Source: Escherichia phage 500465-3. From it: a stretch of DNA of 13,549 bases. Below the pieces are notes generated by a model. That model searched no databases. It saw only the letters and a list, made by a program, of their open reading frames with translations, and had not been told where the DNA came from. Of this stretch, positions 11,417-13,549 are shown one piece after another (the first letter of the stretch is position 1; each line of letters opens with the position of its first letter). Both the position numbers and the translations under genes were made by a program. Location of the stretch: the sequence record CP025902.1, one strand, 5' to 3'.

Positions 11417-12115
11417 AACGCACACCTCCGGAAATACCTTCCCCAAGATGCATCAGTTCTTCGTCCGTTCGCTCCGGTATCCCGTTCTCTTCCGGTAAAA
11501 GGCTGAAATCAGCCACCGCAGCATCACTGCTGCCGGACACCATTCTCACGATCAATGCCTTCAGCGAGGCAAACTGCGCATCCATCCACACATCACTGAA
11601 GCTCTGCATCCGGAAATAATCGCCCCACTCACCAAGCTCAGTGGCCGACATTTCCGACAGCATCCGCCGCCAGTCTGCCCGCCGGAACTCCCGGGCAAGC
11701 CGCATGACAAACTGCATTTCCCGCGTCAGGACTTTTCCGGCGTCAGCACCTCATGCTCCAAATCCCCGGTATTCTCAATGGCCCCCATACCGCTCAGCGA
11801 CAGAACCATCTCCGCCCCCGCACCCAGGGCATCATACGACCATGTTGTAATAACGGATGCGTAAAGCGTCTCAACATCCTGAGACTGTTCCGCATTCCAC
11901 AGTGAGCGGGAAACCAGCCAGGCATTGATATCCATCCCCATCCGCAGAAAAGCAATCTGTCGTTCAGCCTCCGGCAGTTCTCCCTCCCCGGCATCAAACT
12001 TTGCCGTTCGCTGCTGAACAAACGTCAGATATTCAATTCTCTGCAGCCCGGACAGCTCACTGAGCACCACGGACTGTTTTTCATAATTAAACGTGTCCTG
12101 TTTCAGAAACATCAT
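11388..12115 (-). CDS. Tail assembly chaperone G-T fusion, produced by programmed -1 ribosomal frameshift near the end of G; the T-frame segment spans about 11388-11750
   Basis: The T frame is open from about 11750 to the TGA at 11388-11390 and is in the -1 frame relative to G. Read through the slip site it gives G-K-VLTREMQFVMRLAREFRRADWRRMLSEMSATE...GEGISGGVRYGPDSQPGH, which parallels the lambda T region (GKVFDGELSFALKLAREMGRPDWRAMLAG...GGVRYG) as I recall it. The T stop overlaps the H start by 29 nt. Confidence 0.7.
11726..12115 (-). CDS. G: Tail assembly chaperone G (0-frame product); appears intact
   Basis: A GGTGGAG Shine-Dalgarno precedes a tandem ATGATG (12110-12115). The product is MMFLKQDTFNYEKQSVVLSELSGLQRIEYLTFVQQRTAKFDAGEGELPEAERQIAFLRMGMDINAWLVSRSLWNAEQSQDVETLYASVITTWSYDALGAGAEMVLSLSGMGAIENTGDLEHEVLTPEKS, with stop at 11726-11728. 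Its position between V and T and the overlap with T match lambda G. The start could equally be the second ATG (12112). Confidence 0.8.
   Translation of the reverse strand: MMFLKQDTFNYEKQSVVLSELSGLQRIEYLTFVQQRTAKFDAGEGELPEAERQIAFLRMGMDINAWLVSRSLWNAEQSQDVETLYASVITTWSYDALGAGAEMVLSLSGMGAIENTGDLEHEVLTPEKS
11732..11738 (-). other. Candidate -1 programmed frameshift slippery heptamer, 5'-GGAAAAG-3' on the minus strand, at the position of lambda's GGGAAAG
   Basis: Minus-strand sequence is ...acg ccg GAA AAG tcc tga in the G frame, two codons before the G stop. The T frame reads gcc GGA AAA gtc ctg... The alignment to the lambda G/T junction is by protein and from memory. Confidence 0.5.
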
Positions 12116-12128
12116 GTTCTCCACCTGC

Positions 12129-12152
12129 AAAAAAGCCCCGGATAACCGGGGC
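12129..12152 (-). terminator. Intrinsic terminator-like hairpin plus T6 run between V and G (minus-strand transcript)
   Basis: On the minus strand: GCCCCGG-ttat-CCGGGGC (plus 12135-12141 / 12146-12152) followed by TTTTTT (complement of 12129-12134), then the G Shine-Dalgarno GGTGGAG. It lies 21 nt after the V stop codon (12173-12175). Confidence 0.55.
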
Positions 12153-12172
12153 AAATGATGAGTATCGTCCTG

Positions 12173-12915
12173 TTAACCTGCTGCGCTGACAGCCACCGTA
12201 GCCACTGCCACAAAATCGCCGTCAGAAGTCATGCCCACAATGCTGACACTGCCCTGCTTCACGCCTTTCACCGTGGCCACAAGCCCGTTCAGGGTCACCG
12301 TGGCAGTCTGTGGATCTGTCGAATGCACACTGATCGCTTTGTCACTGGCTCCGTCAGGTTTTACTGTAAAGGTCAGCGTGGTGGTTGCTCCACTTTTACA
12401 CTGGCAGATGCCGGTGCCACTGTCAGTCCGGTAACGCTCACTGTTTCAGTGCCTTCCTCTGCCAGATACGGACGCCCCACACCGCTGATTTTCACTGTGC
12501 GGGTCATCACGTCTTTTGAGGCAATGGTTTTACCCAGTGCGCTCAGCCAGCCACGGAAAACATCAACAGTGCCGTTGGGATATTTGATACGAAACGCGCA
12601 GACTTCACCGGAGTCGAACAACTGAACCAGTTTTTTCTGCCCGCTGTCACCCGGACGCCAGGCCAGCGTCGCCGAAGTATCACCGACGGATTTCTGCCCC
12701 TGGGTTGTCGTTTTCCAGTCTGCATCTTCATCATCGAGATAAGTGTCATCTTCTGCATCAGCGGTCATTTCGCCAGGTTGCAGATCCTTCACCATCGCAA
12801 GACGCAGCCAGTCAGTGTCCGACAGAGGATTCGCAAACGCATCGCCGTTGCCGGTGTACATCCAGAACGTCGTCCCCGCACCTTTCGTCTTTGCCAGTGG
12901 ATTTGGTGTGGTCAT
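12173..12915 (-). CDS. V: Major tail tube protein V, with a C-terminal Ig-like (Big_2-type) domain; one single-base frame break near 12395
   Basis: The ATG at 12913-12915 follows an AAGGAGG Shine-Dalgarno and opens [90 protein letters not shown]...[46 protein letters not shown], matching lambda V. After the break at gtaaaagtg (plus tttt at 12395-12398) the adjacent frame continues [74 protein letters not shown] to the TAA at 12173-12175. Confidence 0.9.
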
Positions 12916-12922
12916 TACCTCC

Positions 12923-13334
12923 TTAATTCGTGTACGTGATCTGGTACGTGATTTCCGCCATCGCCCAGGTGGCCATCTCATTATCACGTTGATAGTTAAA
13001 CCGAGTGGGATCAGGGTGTCGATGAGTCCGGAAAGTGCCGGTACATCATTCAGGGCAGGAAAAATGGTGCTCTCCATCCACATATCCAGCTCTGAATCCG
13101 GTGCCTGTGCCCGGATGAAGACGGCAATATGCAGAACAGCCTGCCAGTCATTTCATCTGTCATTTTTCCGGTGTACTGAGCATCACTCAGCCACACCGCC
13201 ACGGCAGGCAGTTCCTGCGCATCAACAAATGCCGGAAGCCCGTCAAAAAACGTGGCGCTGTCTCCACACTGTTCCCGAAGGCGTGCCAGTACGACCTGGC
13301 GGATTTGTGTATGTCGGTTCATCGGGTCAGCCAT
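12923..13334 (-). CDS. U: Tail terminator (tail tube capping) protein U; two single-base frame breaks (about 13146 and about 12990-13010)
   Basis: The ATG at 13332-13334 opens [63 protein letters not shown] (ORF 13050..13334), matching the lambda U N-terminus. After one missing base at atgac-tggcag the adjacent frame gives [44 protein letters not shown]. After a second break the third frame gives ...[26 protein letters not shown] and the TAA at 12923-12925. Confidence 0.85.
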
Positions 13335-13549
13335 AATCTCAGTTGTTGTTTCAGTGCATACCCCAGCTGTTTCGGCATTTCCGCAGCAATGATGCGGTCG
13401 CGGGCATCTTCAAATGCCTGTGTCAGCGGTCCGGACAGCGGGATTTTCACCACATCAATGGGGTAACGATTTTTGCCATCAATACGCCGCATCACATGCC
13501 AGCGACCATTCGCCAGTTGCTGAATAAACGCATCCCGGAAAAGATATTT
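13319..13549 (-). CDS. Z: Tail completion protein Z, C-terminal 76 codons; the 5' end of the gene lies beyond the window end
   Basis: Minus-strand translation from 13549 gives [76 protein letters not shown], with stop at 13319-13321. It matches the lambda Z C-terminus (...FIQQLKNGRWHVMQRVAGKNRYPIDVVKIP...ELGYALQHQL...) and overlaps the U start. Confidence 0.8.
   Translation of the reverse strand, partial: KYLFRDAFIQQLANGRWHVMRRIDGKNRYPIDVVKIPLSGPLTQAFEDARDRIIAAEMPKQLGYALKQQLRLWLTR

Noticed and set aside
12373-13083. ORF 12373..13083 (236 aa) as a single protein
   Set aside because: It is a chimera: the middle of U, a wrong-frame read of the U 3' end, and the first 180 codons of V. The true U stop (12923) and V start (12915) lie inside it.

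Overview
The whole window is the tail-gene module of a lambda-like (lambdoid) prophage, all encoded on the minus strand and with no spare intergenic space. Reading from high to low coordinates the order is Z (3' part) - U - V - G/G-T - H (tape measure) - M - L - K - I - J - lom - stf (5' part). Gene identities rest on my recollection of the phage lambda proteins; no database search was possible. Most genes are broken by single-base frame changes as assembled: J in at least 8 places, H in about 6, U and K in 2 each, and V, M, L, I, lom and stf in 1 each. Only G, the T frame and the Z fragment read cleanly. Where I reconstructed the break it is a one-base length change in a short homopolymer or CC/GG doublet, while the encoded protein stays close to lambda, so I suspect consensus sequencing errors rather than real pseudogenes, but I cannot prove it from sequence alone. 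I therefore report gene-level CDS spans and flag the breaks. I see three hairpin-plus-T-run intrinsic terminators on the minus strand (after J, after lom, after V), a G-T recoding site that differs by one base from lambda's GGGAAAG, and no tRNA, rRNA, CRISPR, integrase or inserted cargo. I found no evidence of a novel system in this window.
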